This document shows, piece after piece, positions 24,263-38,999 of a DNA stretch of 64,000 nt. Every line of letters begins with the position of its first letter. Positions within the stretch are counted from its first letter, which is position 1. The DNA is taken from assembly GCF_009914755.1 (NCBI RefSeq), contig NC_060928.1. One strand, 5' to 3'. The stretch is from the human T2T-CHM13v2.0 reference genome, Homo sapiens. The notes under the pieces are model-generated. The model was not told the DNA's origin. It made no database searches and was given only the letters and a program-made list of their open reading frames with translations. The translations under genes were made by a program, and so were the position numbers.

Positions 24263-26968
24263 CTCGGAACTAAAATAATCATGGTTTTATATATACATGC
24301 ATACACAAGCAAAGGCAGAGGAGAATAAACAGCAAATGAATGAAAACTCAAAGCAAAAATAAATAAGCAGGAAACCAACCCTAAATTATCCTACTCAACT
24401 TACCCTGGAGGTTACAGTGTTACCTAGGACCTCAAAAAACCCACATAATGGATATTTTGTTCCTCATACTTAATTCAATATGCTTAAGTTTACCAATATC
24501 ATTATACATTCTATGCAATCAAGAAATTCATTTTAGGCACATGACTAATAAGTACTCTAGCACTTTCCACACGAAACTGTAAAAATAGTGTGAAGTAATG
24601 CAAACAGGTATGTGAAATTTGACTCAACACTAAATCCAGCTTCATGCTTAACTATAGTAGAAAAAGAATTGCCAAACTGCTGATGCATTTTCATAATACT
24701 TCTTATTTAACTTTAATCAAGACTAAGAGCTTTAACTACGAAAATGTTAATTAGCCAAATGTCTCCAAACTGCTATCAGATTTTAAAGAATATTTTATTA
24801 TTTAAACTTTTCCACATCTTTCTCCCCTACTTAATGATTCCTCACTACATCATTTCATAAATAACCTTTTCAAATCTGTAATTTGAACTAACTTTTAGAT
24901 AACTTCTGAATTAGACAAAATTATTCCTTTTTTTCACTAATAACATAAGCCTTTCTGGCACATTTTCTATACAGAATTACGTGTGAACTAAATTTTTTAT
25001 CCTTAGTAACAGAAAACTTTAGTGAAACCCTAAAAAGGAAGAAATCTTGAACTATGAAGATAAGGACATTTATAGATAAGAACAAGTCCACAATTTTAGA
25101 AATATATTTGTCTATATTACAACTCTTTATTAATTGGAAATGATCCAGATATAAAACAAGCATTAAAAATATCTTTAAGATTTTAATTTACACAAAAGGT
25201 TTACCTAAAACAATTATCCTATTCACTGTACTTAGTTTTTTACTTTTAACAAAGGAGACTTGAAATATCAATCAACATATGTAAAACAAATATTGGTTTG
25301 GTCCTGGAAAGGCAGGACAATTCAAGGTGAGGAGGGGACTTGGGGGTTCTCAGATCACAGGTGGGAGACCTACAGTTGCATTCTTTTGAGTTTCTGATTA
25401 CCCTTTCCAAAGGAAGCAATCAGATATGCATTTATCTCAGTGAGACTTTGAATAGAATGGGAGGCAGGCTCGTCCCAAGCAGCTCCCAGCTTGAATTAAC
25501 ACTGACATTTAAAAATATCTAGCAAAGACAAAACATAAAATTCAGACAAAATGTATGCTGACAATTCTGAAGGCCTTTCTATTTTTATTCCACCAATAAT
25601 TTTAAAGCTAGCCTGTTTAGTAAAGTTATACTTAGGTCACGTGAACTTGAAAATTGCTTAGACATATTTACTTAATTTATGAGTGCTCTTTTGCTTATAA
25701 GCCAATTTGGTACACACAACATATAACAGTAAGTGTACATACAAATAAACACATCTAGACATGTATTCACACACACAAATGAAGATTCAATAGCTGGGAA
25801 CCTTAGCCATAAGATAGCAATACAAGCTTTCCGGTTTTACTTTGACCCAATAGGTAATCCAAGGAAGGCTGGGAACCAAAATTTCGGGTAAAGCAGTCTC
25901 CATGGCAGTTTGAGTTTTAAAGTAAACCTCCCCATACTCCAAGGAGCACTGGGGCCAAACAGTACCAAAGGAGGGCATCACATATTAGCCAGGCACCCTG
26001 CTTACAATAGCAGCACAAAAGCGTGGATACATGCAATGCCATCTCACTTTCCCATTAGACAGTAAACCTCAGATTTTAAACAATTTCGGGGCCAAGCAGC
26101 ATTGCAATTGCGAGAAAATTCTAAGGAGAATTTAATACGAGACCTCAGAACCTCTGCTAAGAGTGTCCCCTTTGGGCAGGTTGAGGTCTGCAGGATCAAC
26201 AGAGTGCTCTCCTGTGGGGTCCAATCTTAGAGTTCCAGATGTCTCTGGCCTTACTTAGGTGGGCATCCAAGCCACTTTGCATACATTCCCTCCAGAGCCT
26301 GCTATGAGCTTTACCTTGGTACCTGGGTGTAATCTCTGACTTCTAGCAACCTTATAATTTGATAAGGCCACGCTTTCCCATGCTTTGCATTCCATGAACT
26401 TTAATGATAGGAACTAGAACTTGGTGGGTTTCTTTGCCCTTAGCCAGTTGAATAGGGGAAGGGAAGAATTTAGCATGAGTAAAGAAGGTTTAAGTTGCCT
26501 GAAACACGTGAGAGTTTGCTTCAAGCTGTACCACACGTAGGGATCAGGGACCATGTGTGGAAAAGATTAAAAAAAAGTCCCTCCACCTTTGGGACAGGAC
26601 AATTATTCCCATTCATTTCTAGGCCTTCAGGCAGTACCAGGGAGTGATGCCAACCAATTGCCCTCAATTTCCAAGAAGACACAAGGAAGAAGCTGCTGAA
26701 GACTGAAAAATAAGGAAAGAAAAAAATATATATATATTGAAAAAGGCCCAGATTCCTTAAGTGAACTGGGTGGTGGTGGTAGTCAGGCTTCTTCACATGG
26801 AAACCCCTCAGTTTCACTAGCCATAGCCAGAAACCTGCTGTCGCTTCCATGTTTAGGCACTTCCCACCAAGTTTCTTAGGTGGGAAAGGAAAAGAGATTC
26901 CCTATATGGAGCGGAAAGGGAAAGGAGAAAGAAGAAGAATGAATCCCAGTCTTTGGGCTTACCTTTTC

Positions 26969-26986
26969 CTCCTGGCTGGCTCGTCA
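26969..26986 (-). promoter_or_regulatory. Primer binding site, tRNA-Arg(ACG)-like
   Basis: Reverse complement 'tgacgagccagccaggag' vs TGGCGAGCCAGCCAGGAG (17/18), adjacent to the 5' LTR. Confidence 0.8.
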
Positions 26987-26991
26987 AAATA

Positions 26992-27341
26992 TGCAAATGG
27001 TGGAGGGTGTCTAGGTTCTTGGCATCTTGAACAAAGAATCGGGCAAAACACACAAACAAAGCAAGGAAGGTATTTGTGGAAAATGAAAGTACACTGCATA
27101 GTGTGGGAGTGGGCCTGAGCATAGGGGCTCAAAAGTCCATTACAGAATATTTTGGAGTTTAAATATCCCATAGAAGATTTTATTAGTTACTTTGGGTATG
27201 CCCTATATAAAAGGAGATGATGAAGTAAAGTTACAAAGTAGTTTACTTGGCCTATGCCCTATGGAGATGATATTTCCTGTCATAGGTGAAGTGTGAATCG
27301 GCCTTATGTTCCCTGCCTCCAAACCCTATTTTCCCTCCCCA
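26992..27341 (-). mobile_element. ERV1 5' LTR, MER51B-like
   Basis: Homologous to 18376-18785; possible 4-bp TSD CCCA (18372-18375 and 27342-27345). Confidence 0.8.
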
Positions 27342-27345
27342 CCCA

Positions 27346-28720
27346 CAAATCATCTCAATCCAAATTACTCAGAGCAAAGATCAGATTGAGGATGTGTATT
27401 TCCTATCAAATATAGTACTTTCGAGGCATCCAATATTAAGTTGAGAAGAGAGGTGAACAGAAACTAGGAGCTATCATGGAAGAAACCAAACCAAAACAAA
27501 TTTAACACATCTTAAACCATGCGTGAGTGTGTTTACTAAATGTATTCTATGAAAGATGGCAAGAGTCAGTTCTTAAAAGTACCATTAGTGTTTAAGACAA
27601 AACTTTTGCTTTGGCCCTTGCCAAATATCTAACTGTAGGTAATGAATTGAAAAAAAAAAATGCATAGCCTACAGTGTAGGCTATATTCTATTCTCCTAGG
27701 AATGCATATTCTCCTAGGCCTATTTCTGATGTGGCTGAATAGGATAAGGAACATTGCAGATTCTCTCAGAGGGTGGGACTAGAAAACAATGAATAATAAA
27801 CAAGATGATAGCTCGTCCAGGAAGTGAAACCAAGACTTCCAAGTGAAACAAGGAGTAACAGGCTCTTTCAATATCTATCCAGCAGGATTTTATAACTGCT
27901 TTGGAACAGTCGACGATATATTAAATATGTTTACCATTTTTCAGTGTTATGAATGGAAATAATTATCGCAGACTTTTACTGTTCCAGTATTATATCATGG
28001 ACATACATTGAAGTCTGACAGTTAAATTTTTTTTTACTTTTTTGAAAGATCATATTATGACCATACTACTGGATGCAGTGACTGGATGGAATCATAACTA
28101 TGCTTTGACCCAAAAAATTTCTAAGGTAGGTAATGAACTGAAAAAGAGGTACAGACAACAGGAAGAACATATTCTCCTAAGCCTACTTTATATTTGACCA
28201 AGTAGGATAAGGAAAATGAAATAATCCCTCAGAAAGTTAAATAGCTTACATATCAAATATTTTTGATGAGTTAGAAAAAGGAAGAAAAAAGGAATTTGGT
28301 AATTAAAATAACCAATTGAAGCAGACATTAATACCCACTAAAGATTTCATTTGCCATTGCTTTTCTGCATTATCCAGAAACCTTCCTTTAATGTGAGGTC
28401 ATGTGTTGCTCTGGCCAAAGGGCTGTGAAGAAAGATGGCGTATTCTTCACAGCCTAGTCAATGAAAATCTCATTAATAATTTTCTAATCTGTTCCCCCTG
28501 CTTCACTGACTGATTGAGAAAACCTTATATTTTAGTCAGGGAAGCAAGACAAGGGAGATTTTGTTAGCTTGTGTTCTTGAAGGCCTGTATGGAGCACAGC
28601 TCTTTAATGACCCATGCTAACTGACTATGCAGCATGAACAAAATATGAAAAGAAGTTTTTTGTTTTGTTCTGTTTCTAAACCATAGTAAAATTGGGGTCA
28701 TTTGTTACTTCGGTCACTTC
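27346..28720 (+). mobile_element. Continuation of MaLR internal region and an MLT1-type 3' LTR (about 28315-28720)
   Basis: 'ggtcatgtgttgctctggccaaaggg', 'gcagcatgaacaaaa...aattggggtcatttgttac' are MLT1 LTR-like phrases. Confidence 0.5.
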
Positions 28721-29619
28721 TGATTCTACAGGGAATAATTTGAGCATTCCGGCAACTATAAAATGGCTTTCTTTTATTCTTTCTCGGACACCAATTAAGT
28801 TTTAAATTGTTCCACCATTCCTGAAAGAGATCCCAATCAAATGGTATGCAATCTCTGGTAAACTTCAGTTGAAATCACACAACTTACTTCTGTACCATAA
28901 AAAAAAAACAGACAACTTATCTAAATTATACATTGGTTTATCACACTTTGAACTATCAAAAATTTTTAAAGGCTATTAGATGCTGAGAGAATTAAAGACA
29001 ATTGCCACCTTAAGCTAAAAAATTGCTTATGAAAGTTTCTCTTTTGGTGATAGGCTAATACTTTGCCTGATTTCACAGTATGAATGGTGTCATGAGACTA
29101 ATCAAATATATTCATATTTTTTTTCAGAAATTGCCTCAGTAGTTTTTTCCATAGCCCTCAAGAATTTTGATTTATTGGTGAGATGATTCTGGCAGCCAAA
29201 ATCATAATTAATTTTGGATGATCAATCTAGTAGACTTTTAATATTAGAAAGAAAGGGAGAGTAAGAATTAGAGACAGGTGTCAGAGACATGAGTTAGAAG
29301 TGTTGTGATACAATATCATAACGTTTATAATGAATTATTGGAATTTTTATCATTTCAGCAAGTATATTTTCTTCTTAATTTGCTCAGTGAATAAGAAAGG
29401 CACAAATCAATTTTCGTAGCAAAGAAAGGCAAATTATCTGGATAAATAAGGATGTGTTCAATAGCAGGGTTCATTCACTCTCAATCAATTTAAAATATCT
29501 ATTAGAGAAACAAATGTGGGTATAATAATCACAAATTTGTATTGCTTAATTAATTAGACATTATCTTATTCTGAGTGAGTGCATGTTACTAAATTGAGCC
29601 CTACATAAAGAAACTACAT

Positions 29620-30838
29620 TTCTTTAAAAATGTTGATTTTTAACATGTGAAGGTTTGTTATATGTGTCATGGGTTTTGTTGTATAGATTATTTCATCAAC
29701 CAGGTACTGAGATTAGTACCCAGTAGTTACAATTTCTGGTCCTCTACCTCCTCCCACCCTCCCCCATCAAGTGGACTCCAGTGTCTGTTGTTTCCTTCTT
29801 TGTGTTCATAAGTTCTTATCATTTGGGTCCCACTTATAAGTGAGAACACGCAGTATTTGGATTTCTGTTCCTGTGTCAGTTTGCTAAGGATAAGAGCCTC
29901 CAGCTCCATTCATGTTTCCACAACAGAAATGACTTCATCATTTTTTTCTGGCTGCATGGTATTCCGTGGTGTATATGTATCACATTTTCTTTATCTAATC
30001 TGTCATTGATGGGCACTTAGGTTGATTCCATGTTTCTGCTATTGTGAATAGAGCTGCAATAAACATTCATGTGCATGTGTCTTTATGGTAGAAAGCTTTA
30101 TATTCCTCTGGGTATATGCTCAGTAATGGGATCCCTGGTGCTTTATATTCCTCTGGGTATATGCTTAGTAATGGGATTGCTGGGTCAAATGGTATTTCTG
30201 CTTTTAGCTCTTTGAGGAATTGACTACTGCTTTCCACAATGGTTGAACTATTTTACACTTCCACCAAGAGTGTATATAAGTGCTCCTTTTTTGACATAAC
30301 CTCACCAGGGTCGGTTGTTATTTAGTTTTTTAATAATTACCATTCTGACTGGTGTGAGATGATATCTCATTGTTATTTTGATTTGCATTTCTCTAATATT
30401 CAATGATACTGAGTGGTTTTTCATATGCTTGTTGGATGCATGTATGTAGTCTTTTGAGAATGTATGTCATGTGTTTTGCTCACTTTTTAACAGGGCTGTT
30501 TGTTTTTCTCTTGTAAATTTGTAAGTTCCTTATAGATGCTGGATATTAGACCTTTGTCAGATGTATAGTTTGCAAATATCTTCTCCAATCTTGTAGGATG
30601 TTTGTTTACTCTGTTGATAGTTTCTTTAGCTGTACAGAAGACCTTAAATTTAATTAGATCCCATTCGTCAATTTTTGTTTTGGTTGCAATTGCTTTTGGT
30701 GTCTTTGTTATGAAATCTTTTCCCATTCCTAAGACCCAGATGGGATTTCTTAGATTGTCTTCCAGGGTTTTTACAGTTTGGGGTTTTAAATTTCATTCTT
30801 TAATTCATCTTGAGTTGATTTTGGGGTATGGTGTGTAT
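29620..30838 (-). mobile_element. L1PA/PB-type 3' end, 5'-truncated
   Basis: ORFs 30487-30726(-) '[26 protein letters not shown]...' and 29727-29909(-) 'LILSKLTQEQKSKYCVFSLISG' are L1 ORF2 C-terminal sequence. Confidence 0.93.
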
Positions 30839-30849
30839 AACATAAAGTG

Positions 30850-31150
30850 GTGCAAGAAACTAACTGGAATTGTACTTGAATAGAAAAAAACTTACTCTTC
30901 TCATTCTCTTTTTCTCTTTTCTTCTTCCTGTTGCCTAGAAGGCATATAAATGTTGGAATCAGGAGCCTAAGCAAGCAACCTGCTTCATGAGCAACAATTG
31001 TTGTTAATGTTGGTGCAACAAAAATGTGGGAGCTTGGTCTCCTGAGGATCATGATATCTTCATTCTCATTCTGGTCTGTAAATACACATGCATAAGAAAA
31101 TATAAAGCTCTGATGTTATTTAAGCCACTATTATTCTTTTGTCATTCATA
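30850..31150 (+). mobile_element. Old MLT1 LTR remnant
   Basis: 'ttcttcttcctgttgcctagaagg...gttatttaagccactatt'. Confidence 0.4.
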
Positions 31151-31179
31151 GTTTAACATGAACAAATACAACCATCTTC

Positions 31180-33115
31180 AATCGTTTTTATTTGAAGAGT
31201 TTCTTTTCCTCACTATCCAAAATTATTTTTTACTCTTTGACTTCTCTTCAAACATTGCATATCTTTTCATCTCCTCTCACTTTCAGCTGTGGTCTTGTCT
31301 ACATTTTATTAAAAAGGAAACAAACAGTGATACATCTTCTCACCATGCACTCTGACATCTAAATACCTGTCTTCATATCTTCTTTTCTCCTGTTAAAATG
31401 TTTTCCTCATGAAAACCGTTTTCTTCTTACTAAAACACAATTTATACTCTTGTGCTGTGGATTCCTTCCACTCTTGACTTTCTAATATCTGTGTCTTTAC
31501 TTAATCCATCTTTCGAGTATCCTCATTCTTTCTATTTCAACTGAATAAATTTCATGTGTGTACAGATATACTCTAATTAATAATTCCTTTCCCCATAACA
31601 TAATATGGAGACTATCAAATTCATTGCTTCCTTTTAAAGCTAAATATCTCTAAAGAGCCATACATACACAATGTATCTATATTTCACTTTGTGTTCACTT
31701 CAACTAATTGCAAAGTCAGCTCTCACCTGCAAAATTCCAGTAAAACTACTCTTATTCCAGTCACCAGTGGCCTTAGTATTGAGAAATCTAAAAGAAACTT
31801 TTCTGTCTTCATATTTAAAAGATAATTAGGTAGCATTTAGAGAGGTGAGCTCAGCATTATTGTATACATGATGGTATTTAAGTCACCTTTATTATTCATT
31901 TTACCCCCTTCTTTACTCACATCTTCTTTTTGACATCCTTTATTCACTCTCCTGTTTCTGGCTGCTAAAATGGTGGACTTCACAGGCATCATTTTAGTCC
32001 TTTGTCTGTCTTAGAATTCCCCAGTTAATTACACTACTGGTTTCCAGGATTTGAAAGATCAGCTTAATGTCATGTTTCAAATTTATTTCTCTTTTCTAGA
32101 GCTCTATAATTTCCTATGTGCACTGCCAACTCTGCACTTGGCATTTTCTTTTGGGGTATCTCTCACAGACATCTCAAATTTCTGATGTTCAAAACTGAAA
32201 TCTTAATTTCTCCCCTCCACAGATACTACCCATCCCCAAATTCAACAGTCTCAGGAAATCACACTCACATTCATTCCTAAACCTAAATCCTAATAGATAT
32301 GTCATATACCTCCCTTTATTTCATAACTCTATGAATGGTATCTGTTTTGCCAACACATCCTGTTAATATTACCTCCCATATTTCTCAAATCTTCTCCATC
32401 TCCAGGAACAACATTCTAATCCACTTACTGACTTTACCCAGTTGGAAGATTACCACAATATCCTGAATTGTGTCTACACTTCTATCCTTCCAATATATTC
32501 CCAACAAGGCAGCATGGTGAGGAAATGAATTACAACACTTAATTGCTTAAAATCATTTCATCATTTTCCATTACACTTAAAAAATAATCCAAATTCCTTA
32601 ATATATACACATACAAGGGCACACATGATCATATTCATCCTCATAGTATGCAATCCAGCCATCACTGGTTTCCATTCAGTCTCTAGAGTTCAAAGCCATT
32701 TCTTGCGGTCTTTTTCCACATTAAAACCCTTTTTTACCTCCTCTTCACATTTTTAGCTCTATCTTATTTTCACAATTTAAATGTCACAACTCTAGAAAAG
32801 TCCACTTTGGTTCTTATATTATAGAACCCCTAAGAAATACACACAGTTTCAGAACCCTGATATTTTTATATTAGTCCTCTCTTTCCTTTGTACTATTAAT
32901 TAAAATTTAATGTTTTTCCTTTTTTTAGATTGAAGTTACTGAGACTTGAATTTTGGTATTTTTAATATATACTTTATAATTGGTGATGGCTATCTCCTTA
33001 TTGGATTGCGGGCTTTATCATGATCTTTTTACTATTCTAACTTCAGCACCTACAAAAATGTCACGTAGAGAGTACTTAACGCATATTCGTTCACTGAATA
33101 AATGAACAGATGAAA
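31180..33115 (+). mobile_element. L2 remnant
   Basis: Pyrimidine-rich L2-like phrases ('gtcaccagtggcct', 'gacatctcaaattt...caaaactgaaatc') ending in 'tattcgttcactgaataaatgaacagatgaa'. Confidence 0.6.
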
Positions 33116-35022
33116 TATTTAATTTGTGTAGGCTTCTCTATGGGAGGAACACTGGACTCACATAAGGAAGCCTGAGTTACCATCTGGACACTGATACTAA
33201 CTCTCCTTAAGGCTACATGAAAATATTTTAATTATTAAGGTATTTCCAGATTTCTTAGGCCTGTGTCATTTGTAGCATTTTTCTGTGCCTTTATAAACTG
33301 TCTCCAAATTTAAAAGTAAAATTCATAAATGGTAATAAAGATTTTATTAAATGATAATATTTTAAAATGTTCACACTAATCTTAACTTCAGAAAATATTC
33401 GATGATTACAAAGAAAATAAGAAGTTAAGAATAGTTACCTGTGCATTAAAGTTAGATTTTTCTTGGTATGTCACTGCGGACTAGAACAGAATCCTTCACA
33501 AACAAATATGAGGTTAAGTGAAAAATAATTCATCAATGCATATGATTTACTGACTAAATTTACTTATATTCTAAAAAGATTTCTGATTATTATCCAGTAA
33601 TCATGTGAATAATAAAGCTTATCTTAGTGCTATCCAAAGGCATGATAAATATATTTCTAAGCATGCTTTTCTCAATATAAGTGAATAGAATGTTACATAA
33701 ATTTTGCCAAGTATACATGGCATATTATTCAAAATTATACCTTCTAATAGCAGTCATTTCCATAATTCTTGAGACAGAATTAATGTTCCAGGAATATTTT
33801 TGTATTTAACAAGTTAATGAAAAGGTATTTATATGATATATCTTATCTATTTTAAAGTATTGCACTATAAAATTTTTTTGGTCTTTGCTTGTATAAGAAA
33901 TAATTTAAAAATTGCTTCTATTTTAATTATTTTATATTTGTAATTTAATCACTTATCAAAATCTAGCTCCTTAGAAACCAAAAGCTTGTCAGAGAAAGAC
34001 TTCAGGCAATAGGAAAAAAGAGAATAATAACCTGTTTGTTCCTAAGTTTACTTTCATCAAGCAGCTATATGTCACTAAAGGGACTGATATGTCCTCCTTA
34101 TTGCAAATTAAATCTGAACTGTACAACAGCACTTGTAAACCCCTGCACACAATTCTTTGATTCTTGCGGGGGGAAAAAAGGAATACAGAAAGAAAAGTGA
34201 GTAAAACATTGGTAATTTGTTTAGCTGGTGGTGCAGGCTGTTCTCTGATCAAATTTTGTTTCCCAAAGGAAAGCATCAGTTTTAAATTACACAGCAAGCA
34301 GGCAAGAGAAAGGAGGCAAACAATCAAAACCTTCCCAGGAGGGGAAAGAATAAGGCTAGAGCTCCAGAGATCCCATTTAATAAATAAACACCTTCATTTC
34401 TGTAAGTTAATTTCACCACAGGAAATAAGTTTAGTCTTAATTATATTGCCTTATGTCATGTTTTATAAAAGGTACATGAGGTTCATTGACTTTCACTTAT
34501 TAAAGCTTTGGTTGTTTCCAAATATGTTGCATGGGGATTAAGTCTCTGAGGAAATGTCATATGATGAACAATGATATGAAATGCAATATTTTCATCTTAT
34601 CCCATGTTATTGGCAATTAGATAGATGAAAACAGCCTATTACATTTAATTTTCATTGAAAAATGTTTTGACTTTTTGGTGTTATGTAGAAAAGGCTCTAA
34701 GTAATACAGCTTGGTTGTATTATTTGCAAAAATGTTAATAGTGAGCTACCCTTGGTCAGGTTTGAGAAAATATATAGGTAATAATTTCAGAGTTGATTTT
34801 TTTGATGTAGATTTCTATCCCTCATAATTTTGAACGTTTTATTTAAATTTAACATCGTGAGGAGGTGAGTAAGCTTAAGTTTTTGCTCAGTTATACTTTT
34901 CTAAGCAAAGAAACTGGAACCTAGGTTAAAGGGCAAGACTTGGAAGTTAAAGATGACTGACAAGAGATAGAAAGAGAGACCTCCAGAGAGATTTAGGGGT
35001 TTATCTTTAAAATGTCTTTATA

Positions 35023-35320
35023 GGCAGAGTGCAGTGGCTCATGCCTGTAAACCTAGCACTTTGGGAGGCCGAGGTGGGTGGATTCCTTGAGCTCAGGAGT
35101 TCAAGACCAGCTTGGGCAACACAGCGAAACCCCATCTCTACAAAATACGAAAAATTAGCTGGGCGTGGCAGCATGCAACTGTAGTCCCAGCTACTTGGAA
35201 GGCTGAGGCAGGAGAATTGCTAAAACTCGTGAGGCAAAGGTTACAGTGAGCTGAGATCCCGCCACTGCACTCTGGCCTGGGCGACAGAGCAAGACTCTGT
35301 CTCTTAACAACAAAAAAAAA
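35023..35320 (+). mobile_element. Alu (AluJb/old AluS), full length
   Basis: Dimeric Alu, 'cttgagctcaggagttcaagaccagcttgggcaac', A tail. Confidence 0.92.
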
Positions 35321-37019
35321 GTTTTTATATTTCAATTCAGAATGAAACCTGAGTCATTAAGCTGGCTATTTACATTACAAAGCATTCTAAAATATTAGGG
35401 AGCAAGTATTTCTCACCTTTTAGGAGAGGGGGCTATATGCAGTACAGAAACTCCAAGATTCATAATTTCACCTTGTGGTTTCTGTCTGGTGGTGCACAAA
35501 CCATTTTTTGCATGTGCATGTTCCATCTGGCTCTTATGGCATCATCCTCAAATGGTGAGAAGACAGTATGGGCTGATGTAGTTATTGCTGCAAGTAATAA
35601 GAATCTTTATTTGATCCAAAAATATGTTTACTTTCAGATTAATACAAACACATGTAGATATTGAGGCTAACCAAACAGATTTATGCTTGTAAAACGCTTT
35701 ATATGAGCCACTTTAAGGGTGGTAGAAACATATCTGAGCCTTTGGCAAAGCTCTATTCTGTAGCCTATGATAGATTTGTTAGTATTATTTTTGTTTTTAG
35801 TGATAAATTACAGAAAGGTTAAAGGAACCGCTCAGTGTCAAAACTGGACATTAAAACTCAGTTCATTATTAGTTATTATACAATGAATCGAGTTTATTTT
35901 AGTTCAGTGACTAATGTCACACAGGGAGTAAAGAAAAACATTCTTTCTCGGTATAGTTGGCTTTGTTATACGGAGTGACAAGTAAAAACAAATAAAATAA
36001 GGTTTATATATGAAGATTGGTAAAAGGAAAACAATTTTCTATGTGTGAGAGATCCCACTGATGTTAAAATTCTGAATGTTACTGGAGAAGAGACAAAAAT
36101 TTGCCCTAAATTTCATAGTTATTAAAATCTTGGTGTATTGAGCATTCATACCTAAAGCAAGGTTTCTAAGACAAGAAATGCATTTCCTAAGATAAAACCA
36201 ATAGGCGGTAGATTGAGATCAAAGACAATGAACTTTGTGCTCTAAACACACATCCTTGAGTTAGGCTTACTTCTGAAGAGGATCTGTATATATGACATAT
36301 AACATGATAAATACAATGCCCACAAGGTATTAAGTACTAAATATATAATAATTGCTCTGCCTTTTATTATTGCTATTCCTGAATTATGTTTTATATTGGT
36401 GCAACAAGTCAATGTTGAATGTTTCTTATATTTGTTTTTCTCTAGCTAATTTAAATTGATAAGCCAAGGGTAATCATGCCCTCATAGCTCTGACTGGGAT
36501 AAATAACAGATGACAAAGAGTAAGATGTCCCCTTCTTACACAAAATAATTTGAAGAGGCTTACACAATTGAGAGTTAATTTTCTTTCGATAACTGTTAAA
36601 ATGCATGGAAATGCTTAAAACAGTATTATATTCATTGTTAGGATGTTAAGCCAAAACCCACCTTACTACTTCAGGTATTTCTGGGAAAAAAATATAGGGG
36701 ACTATGTGTTGTTGACTCATTGTTCATTGGAATCAATTATAACTATGTTTGGGGCAAGGTACTCAAGGAGGAACACGTGACATGGACAGGCAATGGTAGA
36801 CTTGTTGAAGGAAGCAAAATGCATATTTTCCATTGTGTCTTTATATCAAGTATTTAGGTTGCATTCCCATTTAAATCTGTTATGAAATATGTGATATTAA
36901 ATTAAATTAATTAAATTGAGTCTCATGGGAAGCCTAGGAGGACTTTAAATAAGGAATATGGCAACTATTAAATTTTGCCAGTGGAAAACCTTTATAAATT
37001 GTACTTAATTTTTTTAAAT

Positions 37020-38290
<1,271 letters not shown>

Positions 38291-38555
38291 AAAAAATAGG
38301 ATGAAGGACAAATTTTCATGAGATTCTCTTTCCTTGAATATTTGTGTAAAACAAGAGTTTTCCTTTTAGATATCATATCTATTCCAATAATGCATAAATT
38401 ATAGGTGACATTATAATCATACATGATATTTATGCATAAGTTCACATCTTAAGCTACATTTTTAGTTTTAAACCTTCCACAGTAGCATCACCATATATAT
38501 GTGAAAGGTTTAAAACTTATATATACACGCACACATATGCATGTGTATATTTTAG

Positions 38556-38912
<357 letters not shown>

Positions 38913-38999
38913 AGCATATATTTTAAATTTAACGCATTAACCTTCCCATTTGTAATTGCGGGTCTAGGTATCAGTGTGCATTAAACAGCTATAGTTGAT

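Larger units (their letters stand above)
18786..26991 (-). mobile_element. MER51/MER4-group internal region (non-autonomous provirus), interrupted by HERV-H at 22028-24262
   Basis: Lies between two homologous LTRs; PBS next to the right LTR; env-tail-like peptide 'KFISSRLETIKLQMIMQQ' in ORF 18888-19256(-). Confidence 0.75.

Noticed and set aside
33989-34541. Overlapping 112-aa and 125-aa ORFs on opposite strands
   Set aside because: No homology I recognise and no exon structure; within chance expectation.
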